From: Camelus dromedarius
Taxonomy: Eukaryota
Assembly (NCBI RefSeq): GCF_036321535.1
Contig: NC_087436.1
Location: 121,274,001 to 121,338,000 of the forward strand
Direction: 5' to 3'
DNA: 64,000 bases
The position numbers and the translations under genes were made by a program. This document shows positions 1 to 9,810 of this stretch, one piece after another. The notes under the pieces are model-generated. The model had not been told where the DNA came from. It worked only from the letters and a program-made list of their open reading frames with translations, and ran no database searches. Each line of letters starts with the position of its first letter. The first letter of the stretch is position 1.

Positions 1-917
1 AATGAAAAATAACAAGCCTTGGGAAAGGGAGGGCTCTCAGACGGAACATTCATCAGACTCTGCAGCCTCAGCCCCACAGCCTTCCTCCACCTCTGACCCC
101 ACCCCAACCAGCCAGTGGCCTAGGGAGGGTTTTCTCGAGAGAGCTGCGGCTACTGAGAACAAAAATGTGAACACACACAGAAAAGGTGTTTTAAATCACA
201 AAAATCCTCTGAGAACAGTTCCTCTCAAACCAGTTGAGTTAAGTGCCAGCCAGTCCCGCCCCCCTCACCCCTCCCCACCCCGCAGATCCATCCTTGTTCC
301 AAACAGCGCCACCCCCTCCTCTGCCTGACCACAGCCTGCCTCCTGCTGAGCCGAGCCCCCCGCCCCCACAGCAGCTCCCTCCACACACCTCGGCTCTGAA
401 CTAAGCTGGGGTTGGGGGGAGACGGGCCCCAAGGCGCCCTGGTGGGGCGAGGGCGTCTGGGGTGGTGCTACACCAGCGTGTGCCCCACTGTCCGACACTC
501 CAGCCGCCAGCCGCAGCTGACTTCGGCCAGCGTTTTTCTCGTAGTAGGATTTTCTCAATGAGGGAAACAGCAAGGATTGACACCAAGGTGACACGCCCTG
601 TCCCGAAGTGAACAGTCTTCTTCGGGAATTTTCTCACCTCATGAGGGCAGGCTGCCTCGGCCACTGGGGCCAGAGACGAAAAGGGGCCACAGGGACAGGA
701 AAGGGTGGGAAGTCACCACCGGATTCGGGGCGAGGGCCCCCATGCAGGCAGGAGCCTGCAGCCTCAAAGCCACGCAGACAAGCTGTGAAGCCGGGGGCAG
801 AGGGTGGGGGCAAGCCAGGCCTGGGAACCCGGGAGTAGGGCACTGTCGCTTCATCATGACTGACCCAGTTAGGAAACACACACATGCTCACTGAGCCTCT
901 CCGAACAACAGGCTTAC

Positions 918-2798
918 CTTCGTGTCTTCCTTAGTCTTTCTGACGTGTCGGTGGTGACCGAAAATGTTCTGCATCCCGAGCGCCTTCCTGGCCCAGTCCC
1001 TCTTCTGGGTGCTGGGCGGGGGCTGCGCGGGGCTGCCCTCCACCCTGTAGCGGTCGGCCGGAATCTTGCTCATGGGAGGGGGCAGCGTGCCGCAGTTGAT
1101 GCTGGACCACCCGTCCGTGGAGTCCGTGTAAGACTCCTGGTCGCTGGCGTGGCCGCACTGCCACTCCTGCAGCACATGGACTGGGAGCCACCGCTGGCTG
1201 AAACCGCTGCCAGGGCCCCCGGCGCCCCTCTTGGAAGGGGGGACCGAACACCGCAAGGAGGCGGGGGGCACCTCCCCATGAGATGTGGGCCCGAGGTGCT
1301 TCCCAAAGTCCCGGCACCTGTCAGCCTGCGGAGCGGCCTCAAACGGGGGCCCCACTTCAGGGTCGTGGCAGAAGGCCCCATTCCAGGAGGCGCCCCAGGG
1401 CTGGGAGCCCCTGGTGCCCATGCCCTCCCAGGCGCTGCTGCTGGGGCCGTGCCTGCTGGAGCCGGCACCCAGGTCCACCACCAGCACCCGGCTGCTCCTC
1501 TCCTCGTGCTGGAAGTTGCCGATGCCACTGTCGCTGTTGCTGCTGGTGCTGGTGTTCTGGTGGGCGTCCGCGTCCCCATCCACAAAGGCCCGGGCCCGCA
1601 CCCCCTCGATCAGCTCGCCCATGTCCCTGTACAGCACGGAGATGAACTGGAGGACGGGGAGAGAGGACGCGGGGAACTCCAGGCAGCCATTGGTGTCAGG
1701 GTCAGCCGTGCACTCAAACCCGAAGCGCCGGGCGATGCCCTGGTGGATCTTGTGACTGAACAGGTCCGGGTCCACCATGAACACGTGGCAGGATGTCCGC
1801 AGAGCGCCATCCTCCTCCTGCGCCAGGCTCCCATCATCGCCCGTTTGCACAGTCACCAGTCCGAAAAACCTCCGGTCATCCGGGCACACGGCACTGAACG
1901 CCAGCCTCTCGGCCGGGTACCGGGCCAGGACGGCAGCCTTGTCGGTGCAGAGCTGGACACAGTCATGCATGACCTTCATGGTCACCAGAGAATGGATCCT
2001 CTGCTCGGCCCGCAGGCGCCGCAGGCAGCCCCGGATGGCCTGCACACTGTCCGACTCCAGGCTGCAGCCGCTGGATGGGAGCTCGATGGAGCCCAGGTAG
2101 CCCACTACCATGGCCACGTTCAGAACGCTGGCGTCCACCCCAAAGTCCTCGTGGCTCTCCAGTCCCACACCAAAAACAGAATCGGCATGCACCACTTTCG
2201 CTGTCTCCTCCTTAGAAAGCAGGTTGGGATTCGGATCATTTATACTTTCATGCTCAAGGTCAAATTGCCCAGTGGCTGACTCCGAAAGGGACCATTGTTT
2301 CAGTTTCAGAGGCTCGGAACTGCTGGCACGAAGGCCCGGGCTTTCAAAGATCATATTGAAAATCCCTCCCGACTGCACCTCTTCAACGACTCTCTCTGCC
2401 CTGTTTATACCTAAGGCCTTAGAATCAAGTTTGGGCTTCAGCCAGCCTTTTCCTTCATAAAACCCCACCTCCTCATCGCTGGAGCAGGACTCCAGGTGGC
2501 CGATGCCTTCACCAATCACCATGTGCAGGACCCCCGAACACTTCCCGATTAACTTCACGACGTCTTCGTGGGACGCTTTCTTCACATTGATCTCGTTGAC
2601 AGCAAATATCTGATCGCCGGCACGGAGGCCCACGAAATCAGCAGGGCTCCCTCTCATGACACAGCTGAGCACACAGGGCGCCTGGCCGGAGAGCGTGAAT
2701 CCATACCCCGCCCTCCCTCTGGCGACCTCCACGGTCCTGACGCGAGGGGGCGCTGTCCCGAGCAGCGCACGCTCCCCGGGGTCCCCGGCTCTGTACAT
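918..2798 (-). CDS. RGS12: RGS12 first coding exon (627 codons; N-terminal PDZ and PTB domains). Gene continues beyond the left edge.
   Basis: ORF 888..2816 contains MYRAGDPGER...VEVARGRAGYGFTLSGQAPCVLSCV (PDZ) and VAMVVGYLGSIELP...FSAVCPDDRRFFGLVT...SCHVFMVDP (PTB), as in RGS12. First ATG of this frame at 2798. Donor AAG/GTAAGC after 918 gives 1881 nt, phase 0. Acceptor TTCTTCTTCCTCAG/ puts the exon start at 2896. Confidence 0.96.
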
Positions 2799-2896
2799 CC
2801 CGGCGTGCTTCCCCAACCAGGAGCACAGCTCATTATTCCAGCAGGTCCGTGGGGCGGGGAATGCGTGACGCTATCATATTTCCGTGCAATAACGCC
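2799..2896 (-). other. RGS12: RGS12 5' UTR part of the first coding exon, containing two upstream ATGs
   Basis: Lies between the polypyrimidine/AG acceptor (AG at 2898-2897) and the main ATG. uATGs at 2877 and 2833. Confidence 0.8.
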
Positions 2897-4200
2897 CTGA
2901 GGAAGAAGAATAAACAGCTCATTATTAGAGATCCCGCATTTCTGCTGCTTACCAGCACCACCCAACATAAAAGGCAGTGCACAACGAAACCGTCGGAGGA
3001 AGAGTCTCTGGCTACCACACAAATGACAGAGTGAAGGAGCAGTGGTATCTCTGTGCACCACATCTTGAAGTCTGCCTAAGATGTCTCCTTCCACAGTATA
3101 GAACATTTCCCAGGACTGCTGTCTTCCCAGCTCCGAGCTCACTGAGGCTAATCCCAGCCCAGGCCTGAGGAGCACGGGACTCAGCGGAATCTGCTCCCTT
3201 CCTGTCTGGATGGAGAGGAGACCCCAAGCTCAGAATGTGGTCGGAGGGCAGCACCATCTGAGCTGCGGGCAGGTCCGAGTGAAAGCAGGGCTGCCTGCAG
3301 ACCAGGTGGAAAGGCACCTGCGTGACCCCTGGTCCAGCCCCAACTCTGATCACAAACTCCCTCCAGGGGAAGTTTCTCCCCAGAAAGGGGCGTCGGCTTG
3401 CCTTCCCTGGTATCTCCCACCCTCCCTCAAGTAACTGACTTTCAGCAATGCACTGTGTGTGCAAAACACATTAGTGTGAAATACGAGAGAGGCCACTGGA
3501 CAGAACAGGTGAAACAGCCAGGAAGAGCAAAGGAATTTAATGCTCATTTGTTCCGGGGGGTGACTTTCCAATGAAAGGTACTTGTTGTCACTGAAACGAA
3601 CCTGTGTCAGGGTGCCAGAGACCACCCCAGGCTCGATGACTCGCTAAGACTCGCAAACACTCAGGGCCGTGATTTACCACAGGGAGAGGTTGCACAGCAA
3701 AATCAGGGAATGGAGAGGCCGGCGGGGCGAGGTCCAGAGGAAACAGGCACCGCTTCCAGAACCCTGACCCATGGAGTCACACCAGCCACGCTCAGTCCCC
3801 TGGTGACACACTGTGACAGCACATGTGGAGTGCTGTCCCCAGGGAGGGTCCTTAGAGACTCAGCACCAGGGCTCTTATCGGGGGCGGGTCCTGTGGGCCC
3901 CACTGCGGACACACACCAAACCCCAGCCCCTGAGGGGCGGGTGTCTGCTCAGCGGGTGAGCCCAGGGGGCCTCCCCATCGGTGAGGGTGCCAGGATCCCT
4001 CCCGACATCCAAGCCCCGGAGCGCCAGCCCAGCGCCAGCCTCGCACCCGGGCCTCTTGGAGGACGGCAGGCAGCCCCGCTGTGAGGACTGCGTTCTGCAC
4101 AAAACCCTTTAAAGATCACTTTAAAAAGCAATACAGTAAGTGATTATATTGTGAAGATCTAAAATATAATAGAACATGCTTTTTAAGGAGTGTATGTTTT

Positions 4201-6357
4201 GTGTGTGGTGTAAGGGAGTGTTCTAGCTTCATTGTTTTACATGCTGCTGTCCAGTTTTCCCAGCACCATTTGCTGAAGAGACTGTCTTTATTCCATTGTA
4301 TATTCTTGTCTCCTTTGTTGAAGATTATTGACCAAAAGTTTGTGGGTTCATTTCTGGGCTCTCTATTCTGTTCCATTGGTCCATATGTCTGTTTTTGTAC
4401 CAGTACTATGCTGTCTTGATGACTGTAGCTCTGTAGTATTGCTGAAGTCTGGGAGAGTCATTCCTCCAGCCTCTTTCTTTCTCTTCAGTAATGCTTTGGC
4501 AATTCTAGGTCTTTTCTGGTTCCATATAAATTTTATTAGGATTTGTTCTAGTTCTGTAAAATATGTCCTGGGTAATTTGATAGGGATTGCATTAAATCTG
4601 CAGATTGCCTTGGGCAGTGTGACCATTTTAACAATATTGATTCTTCCAATCCAGGAGCATGGGATATCTTTCCATTTTTTAAAGTCTTCTTTACTTTCCT
4701 TCATCAATGGTTTATAGTTTTCTATGTGTAATTCTTTCACCTCCTTGGTTAGATTGACTCCTAGGTATTTTATTACTTTGGGTGCTATTTTAAAGGGGAT
4801 TGTTTCTTTACTTTCTTTTTCTGTTGATTCACCGTTAGTGTAAAGAAATGCAACTGATTTTTGAACGTTAATCTTGTAACCTGCTACCTTGCTGAATTCT
4901 TCAATCAGCTCTAGTAGGTTTTGTGTGGACCTTTTAGGGTTTTCTATATATGGTAACACGTCGTCAGCATATAGTGACACTTTTACCTCTTCTTTTCCAA
5001 TTTGGATCCTTTTATTTCTCTCTCTTGCCTGATTGCTGTGGCTAGGACTTCCAGGACTATGTTGAATAGGAGTGGTGATAGTGGGAAGCCTTGTCTTGTC
5101 CCAGATTTTAGTGAGAAGCTTTTGAGTGTTTCACCGTTGAGTACTATGCTGGCTGTAGGTTTGTCATATATAGCTTTTATTATGTTGAGATATGTTCCCT
5201 CTATACCCACTTTGGCGAGAGTTTTTATCATAAATGGGTGTTGAATTTTATCAAAAGCTTTTTCTGCATCGATTGAGATGATCATGTGGTTTTTGTCCTT
5301 TCTCTTGTTGATGTGATGTATTACATTGATTGATTTGCGTGTGTTGAACCACCCTTGTGTCCTTGGGATGAATCCCACTTGGTCATGATGTATAATCTTT
5401 TTTATGTGCTGTTGGGTTCTATTTGCTAATATTTTGTTGAGGATTTTCGCGTCTATGTTCATCAGTGATATTGGTCTGTAATTCTCTTTTTTGGTAGTGT
5501 CTTTGCCTGGTTTTGCTATCAGGGTCATGGTGGCTTATAGAATGAGTTTGGGAGTATTCCTTCCTTTTCAATCTTCTGGAAGAGTTTGAGAAGGACTGGT
5601 ATGAGTTCTTCTTTGTATGTTTGGTAGAATTCCCCGGTGAAGCCGTCCGGCCCTGGACTTTAATTTGTAGGGAGGTTTTTTATTGCTAATTCGATTTCAT
5701 TTCCAGTGATCAGTTTGTTCAAGTGGTCAGTTTCTTCTTGGTTCAGTCCTGGTGGACTGTATGTTTCCAGAAACTTGTCCATCTCCTCTAGGTTATCCAG
5801 TTTGGTTCCATACAGTTTTTCATAATATTCTCTTATGATATTCTGTATTTCTATGTTATTTGTTGTAATTTCTCCATTTTCCTTTCTTATTTTTCTTATT
5901 TGTGCTCTCTCTTTTTTCTTCTTTGTGGGTTTGGCCAGAGGTTTGTCAATTTTATTTTTCAAAAAACCAGCTTTTGGTTTGATTGATTTTTTTATTGTTT
6001 TTTAATCTCTATTTTATTTATTTCCTCCCTGATCTTTATTATTTCCTTCTTTCTGCTGCCTTTTTGGGTTTTTTTTTTCCTTCTTTTTCTAATTCTTTTG
6101 GCTGGTGGGTTAAATTGTTTATTTGAGATTGTTCTTATTTTTTGAGGAAGGCCTGTATCGCTGTAAACTTCCCTCTTAGCACTGCCTTTGTTGTGTCCCA
6201 TAAATTTTGCGTGGTTGTGTTTTCATTTCCATTTGTCTCAAGGTGTTTTTTAGTTTCAACTTTGATTTCATCATCGACCCACTGGTTTTTTAATAGCATG
6301 TTGTTTAATCTCCATGCTTTCCTTTTTTTCTCCTTTGTTTCTCTGTAGTTGATTTCC
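4201..6357 (-). mobile_element. LINE-1 internal ORF2 fragment (RT region), truncated at both ends, flanked by a 12-bp TSD
   Basis: Frameshifted ORFs 5660-5962, 4983-5528, 4363-4980 and 4116-4376 give L1 ORF2 motifs ([56 protein letters not shown]). AGTGTATGTTTT at 4189-4200 and 6358-6369. Confidence 0.95.
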
Positions 6358-6701
6358 AGTGTATGTTTTTAAAATAACTGTTTCAAAGTTCTCAGGATAC
6401 ATTCTCATGTCTTGGAATAAAGTTTCCAGTAACAGAAGCATAATTCAAAGTAATTTACATAAATGCACCAAAAAAGCGAAAGAACTAAAGAAAATGGAAA
6501 GTATATCATTAGATGACGCCAGGGGCAGCTTCAAGGATGATGGAGACGCTATCACATGGGATGCATGTTTAAGTAAAGTTACTTTATGATACATCAAAGT
6601 GAAAAAAAGAACAATACCTAAACTACCACATTACTTCATATTTGAGTACTGTGACTGGAGTTTAACTACTTGATGTTCACCATTAAAAGTAAGTATGTTA
6701 A

Positions 6702-6841
6702 TTATCGTAGTTCACAGAGAAAAAAATGGGACAAGGAATATATATATATTCATGTATAATTGAGAAATTGTGCTCTACACTGGAATTTGACACAACATTG
6801 TAAAATTATTACAAATCAATAACAAAAATGTTAAAAAAAAA
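6702..6841 (+). mobile_element. Very short 5'-truncated L1 3' end with poly(A)
   Basis: L1 terminal motif (TGACACAACATTGTAAA...) plus A-tail. 17-bp TSD AAAAGT(A/G)AGTATGTTAA at 6685-6701 and 6842-6858. Confidence 0.8.
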
Positions 6842-6911
6842 AAAAGTGAGTATGTTAAAGTCGCCATGAACTGTGTCTCAGGTCTTCTCACGGAATCTTC
6901 TCAAGGAGCAC

Positions 6912-7321
6912 GAGCTGAACAATGGCCCCAAAGACACCACGTCCTAATCCCCGGAACCTGCGCTGTCACCTCACGGGCCAAGGGGACTGCAGATGTGATG
7001 GAGTGCGGGTCCTGAGGTGGGAGGGCATCCCAGGTTTTCCAGACAGGCCCCACGTGACCACCAGGCCCTCGCCAGAGGGAGGCAGGAGGGCGGGAGGCAG
7101 AGAGAGGACGTGAAGACAGAAGCAGAGATCAGAGCAAGGGGCCTGGAAGGTGGAGGAAACGTGTTCTCCCGGGGGCGCCAGGAGGGACCAGCCTTGCCCT
7201 GAGCTGGACATCTGCCAGCAAGACTGAGTGTGGGCTCTGGCCCCAGACTGTGAGGGCATACACTTGAGTTGAGTCGCTGAGTTTGTGGTAATTGTTTCAG
7301 CGACCACTGCAAACTCTCACA
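6912..7321 (+). mobile_element. MaLR solo LTR (MLT1D-like)
   Basis: AATGGCCCCAAAGA...GTCCTAATCCCCGGAACCTG...GCAGATGTGAT start and GTTTGTGGTAATTGTT end resemble the MLT1D consensus (by recall). Confidence 0.7.
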
Positions 7322-7605
7322 AGGGGAATCGCCATCCCAGTGGGGAGAGGGGAATGCCGTGAAAGCACAAACTAACCCCTGAAAAATGCTCACGGCACTT
7401 CCTGGCTCCCGGCAGACACGGCACATCAAAGCTGCTGCTGCTCCTGACATCACTGTAAGTATCAGTTGTCACCGTCGACTCTCTCAGGATGGGTTGGCGA
7501 GGCCCTGCTGGTGCCCCCAGGAACAGCACCCCCTGGCTTTCTCTTCCAAACAGTACTAGACGCTGCCTCTACGAAAGAAATGATTTCCCAGTTTTATATG
7601 CAGAA

Positions 7606-7720
7606 TTTTTTTTTTAAATATGGAACGCTTCAAGAATTTGCATGTCATCTTTGCGCAGGGGCTATGCTTATCTTCTCTGTACCGTTCCAATTTTAGTATA
7701 TGTGCTGTTGAAGCGAGCAC
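7606..7720 (-). pseudogene. U6 snRNA processed pseudogene (full length plus A-tail)
   Basis: Reverse complement of 7616-7720 matches U6 (GTGCTCGCTTC...ACAGAGAAG...GAAGCGTTCCATATTT) with about 8 substitutions. A10 tail at 7606-7615. TATGCAGAATT repeated at 7597-7607 and 7726-7736. Confidence 0.95.
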
Positions 7721-8226
7721 TACTGTATGCAGAATTATTTTGTAATCCATCTGACCACCATGGAGTCACAACACTGTGGGACATGCTGTTCACGACAGTC
7801 TTGTATGTAGTTTACCCAGATATTCCTAGTAGGCTCTCATTGTCGTGTTCTTCTAATGACTGAAAATAGGTTCTAATTCTTATCAGTGATATCTTAATAC
7901 CTATAACCACATTTTGTAAATTCAGCCTACAGATTAACTTTTCCTTAAACTGAACTGATTCATAGTAAAGCTGGTGGAACAGATAGTGAAATTCAGAAGA
8001 AACCATGGGCCCTAGTTTCCAAACTCAACCAGCGCTTTGGCCACCTGGGCTGCGAAAACACCAGCCCCTGGTCCCACCCCTGCACACAGAGACCCCGGCT
8101 CAGAAGTTCTGGACAGAGGCCACGGAGCTGCCTGCTTGGACCAAGCCCCACCTCACCCAACACCATCCATGTGATGCTGACATGGCGTGGGCGACAGCAT
8201 CTGGCACACCCAGACTTGAGATCACC

Positions 8227-8576
8227 TGCTCCAGGCTTAGTCTGTGTGTCCCCAAATTCATGCTGAAATGCTGGCCCAATGTGACGCATTTGGAAGTGGG
8301 GCCTTCGGGAGAGATTAAGTTTGGTGAGGTCATGAGGGTGGAGCCCTCACAAAGGACTGGTGCTCTTGTGAAACAGGAGAAACAGGAGAAGAGACAGGCC
8401 CCCTGCTGTCCGCTGTCCGCCGTCCGCCATGTGAAGTGGTTCTTCACCAGACACTAGTCTGCCAGCACCTCAATTTCGGACTTCCAGCCTCAGAACCCTG
8501 AGAAATACACGTCTGTCATTTAAGCCCCCCGTCTGTCTGCGGTGTTCTGTCACGGCAGCCAGAGTGGACGAAGACA
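8227..8576 (+). mobile_element. MaLR solo LTR (MLT1A-like)
   Basis: TGTGTCCCCAAATTCATGCTGAAA...GAGGTCATGAGGGTGGAGCCC...GACTTCCAGCCTC...TTTAAGCC...GACGAAGACA pattern. Confidence 0.72.
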
Positions 8577-9169
8577 TCATCTAATTAGCCAGCCTCCTGG
8601 TTCTGCCGAAGAGGCAGCCAGGTGGGAAAGAAGTGCTTCATCCAAGAGGCAGCGCCCTGCTGGCGCAGTCAGTCAGGGCACAGGGCCTCCCCTCGCCAGC
8701 CCGCCCACCCGCCACTACCGCGGCCACTCGTCCTTCCAACCAACGGGATCTAGAGACAAACGTCAGGCGCCTCCTCCTTCCTGAGGCTCAAGTCTGGTAT
8801 GAAATGAGTCTCGTTCCGATGAGTTTCTCTGCCCATTCCCACTTACTGAGTGCCCACCCCGGGCCGGGCAGCCTGCAGACATGGAAGCTAATGGGGTCCC
8901 AGCCCCGAGCAACCCGTGGTCCCCAAATGGGGAGACGCAAGAAGACCCAACAGCCATCACTCCAGAGCAGGCGAGCACCAGCCCAGCGGGGGCCCAGGGC
9001 CCTGCCGGCAGACGAGCCAAGAAAGCCATTCCGAAGAGGGCAAGAGCGAGGGTCTCGGCCCGCACCTCAGTCCCTGCCGCCCAGCATTTTGTGAGGATGG
9101 CACCGGGGTCCCCATGACTGTGCCACAAAGGCTACAGATGTTCATGGTGCCACAGGCCCCGAGCTGAGC

Positions 9170-9810
9170 CAGGGACCAGAGCGGCAAAGCACAGCCACGA
9201 CGGCGCGCGGGAACGCGCAGGGAGGAGACGCCGGGGGCGGCGAGGGGCAGCACCCCGGCGCGCGGAGGAGAAGCGGGAGCTCGGGCGCAGGGCGAGGCAG
9301 CGACGGGGCAGCCGCCGGGGGCGCTGCGGGGTCCCCGGCGCGGGCCGCGGCTGTCCCCGCGACTCCACGCACATTCACTAGTGTGTCCACGGAAGCGTCA
9401 CTACGAGGCAGGCACGATGACTATGCCCGCTTTGCAGAGGAGCAAGTGGAGGCACAGACGTTAAGGGACCGGCCCGCAGCTGCACGGCTACAGCGAACCC
9501 GCGTCGGAGGCGGCCCCGGCCCCGGCCCCGGCCGCCCCGGGCTTCCTCTGCCCCGCCCGGAGCGCCTCTGAGAGGAGGCCGCGCGGCGGCGGGAGCCGCC
9601 CGCCCGCAGGCTCCTGCTCCGCAGACCCAGCCCCAAAGCCGCCACATCCCTGCAGCCACTCCGCCCGCCGCCAGGCTGCCCTCCTCCTGACACCGCCTGG
9701 GAGCGCACCCGGAAGGCCCGCAGGGCCCCCACCCGACGCCCGGGGCGGCACGCTGGCTGTCCCCGAGTCCCAGCCGCCCCGCCCCTCCGGCCTCTTCCAG
9801 CAGCCCCCTC
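9170..9810. promoter_or_regulatory. Intronic CpG island in RGS12 intron 1 (possible alternative promoter or enhancer)
   Basis: Very dense CpG and GC content, GC boxes (CCCGCCC), and CGGAAG ETS-like cores near 9390 and 9710. Confidence 0.6.
9370..9500 (+). mobile_element. MIR SINE remnant, heavily GC-converted
   Basis: CTATGCCCGCTTTGCAGAGGAGCAAGTGGAGGCACAGACGTTAAGGGACCGGCCCGCAGCTGCACGGCTA aligns by eye to the MIR core (TATCCCCATTTTACAGATGAGGAAACTGAGGCACAGAGAGGTTAAGTGACTTGCCCAAGGTCACACAGCTAG). Confidence 0.65.

Noticed and set aside
945..2279. 444-aa plus-strand ORF
   Set aside because: Antisense shadow of the GC-rich RGS12 exon; non-ATG start and no recognisable domain.
4116..5962. Reverse-transcriptase ORFs as an active or novel retroelement
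   Set aside because: Standard L1 ORF2, frameshifted and truncated at both ends; the same applies to 11542-14052 apart from its retained 3' end.
7616..7720. Functional U6 snRNA gene
   Set aside because: A-tail, TSD, about 8 substitutions and no visible upstream promoter indicate a retrocopy.
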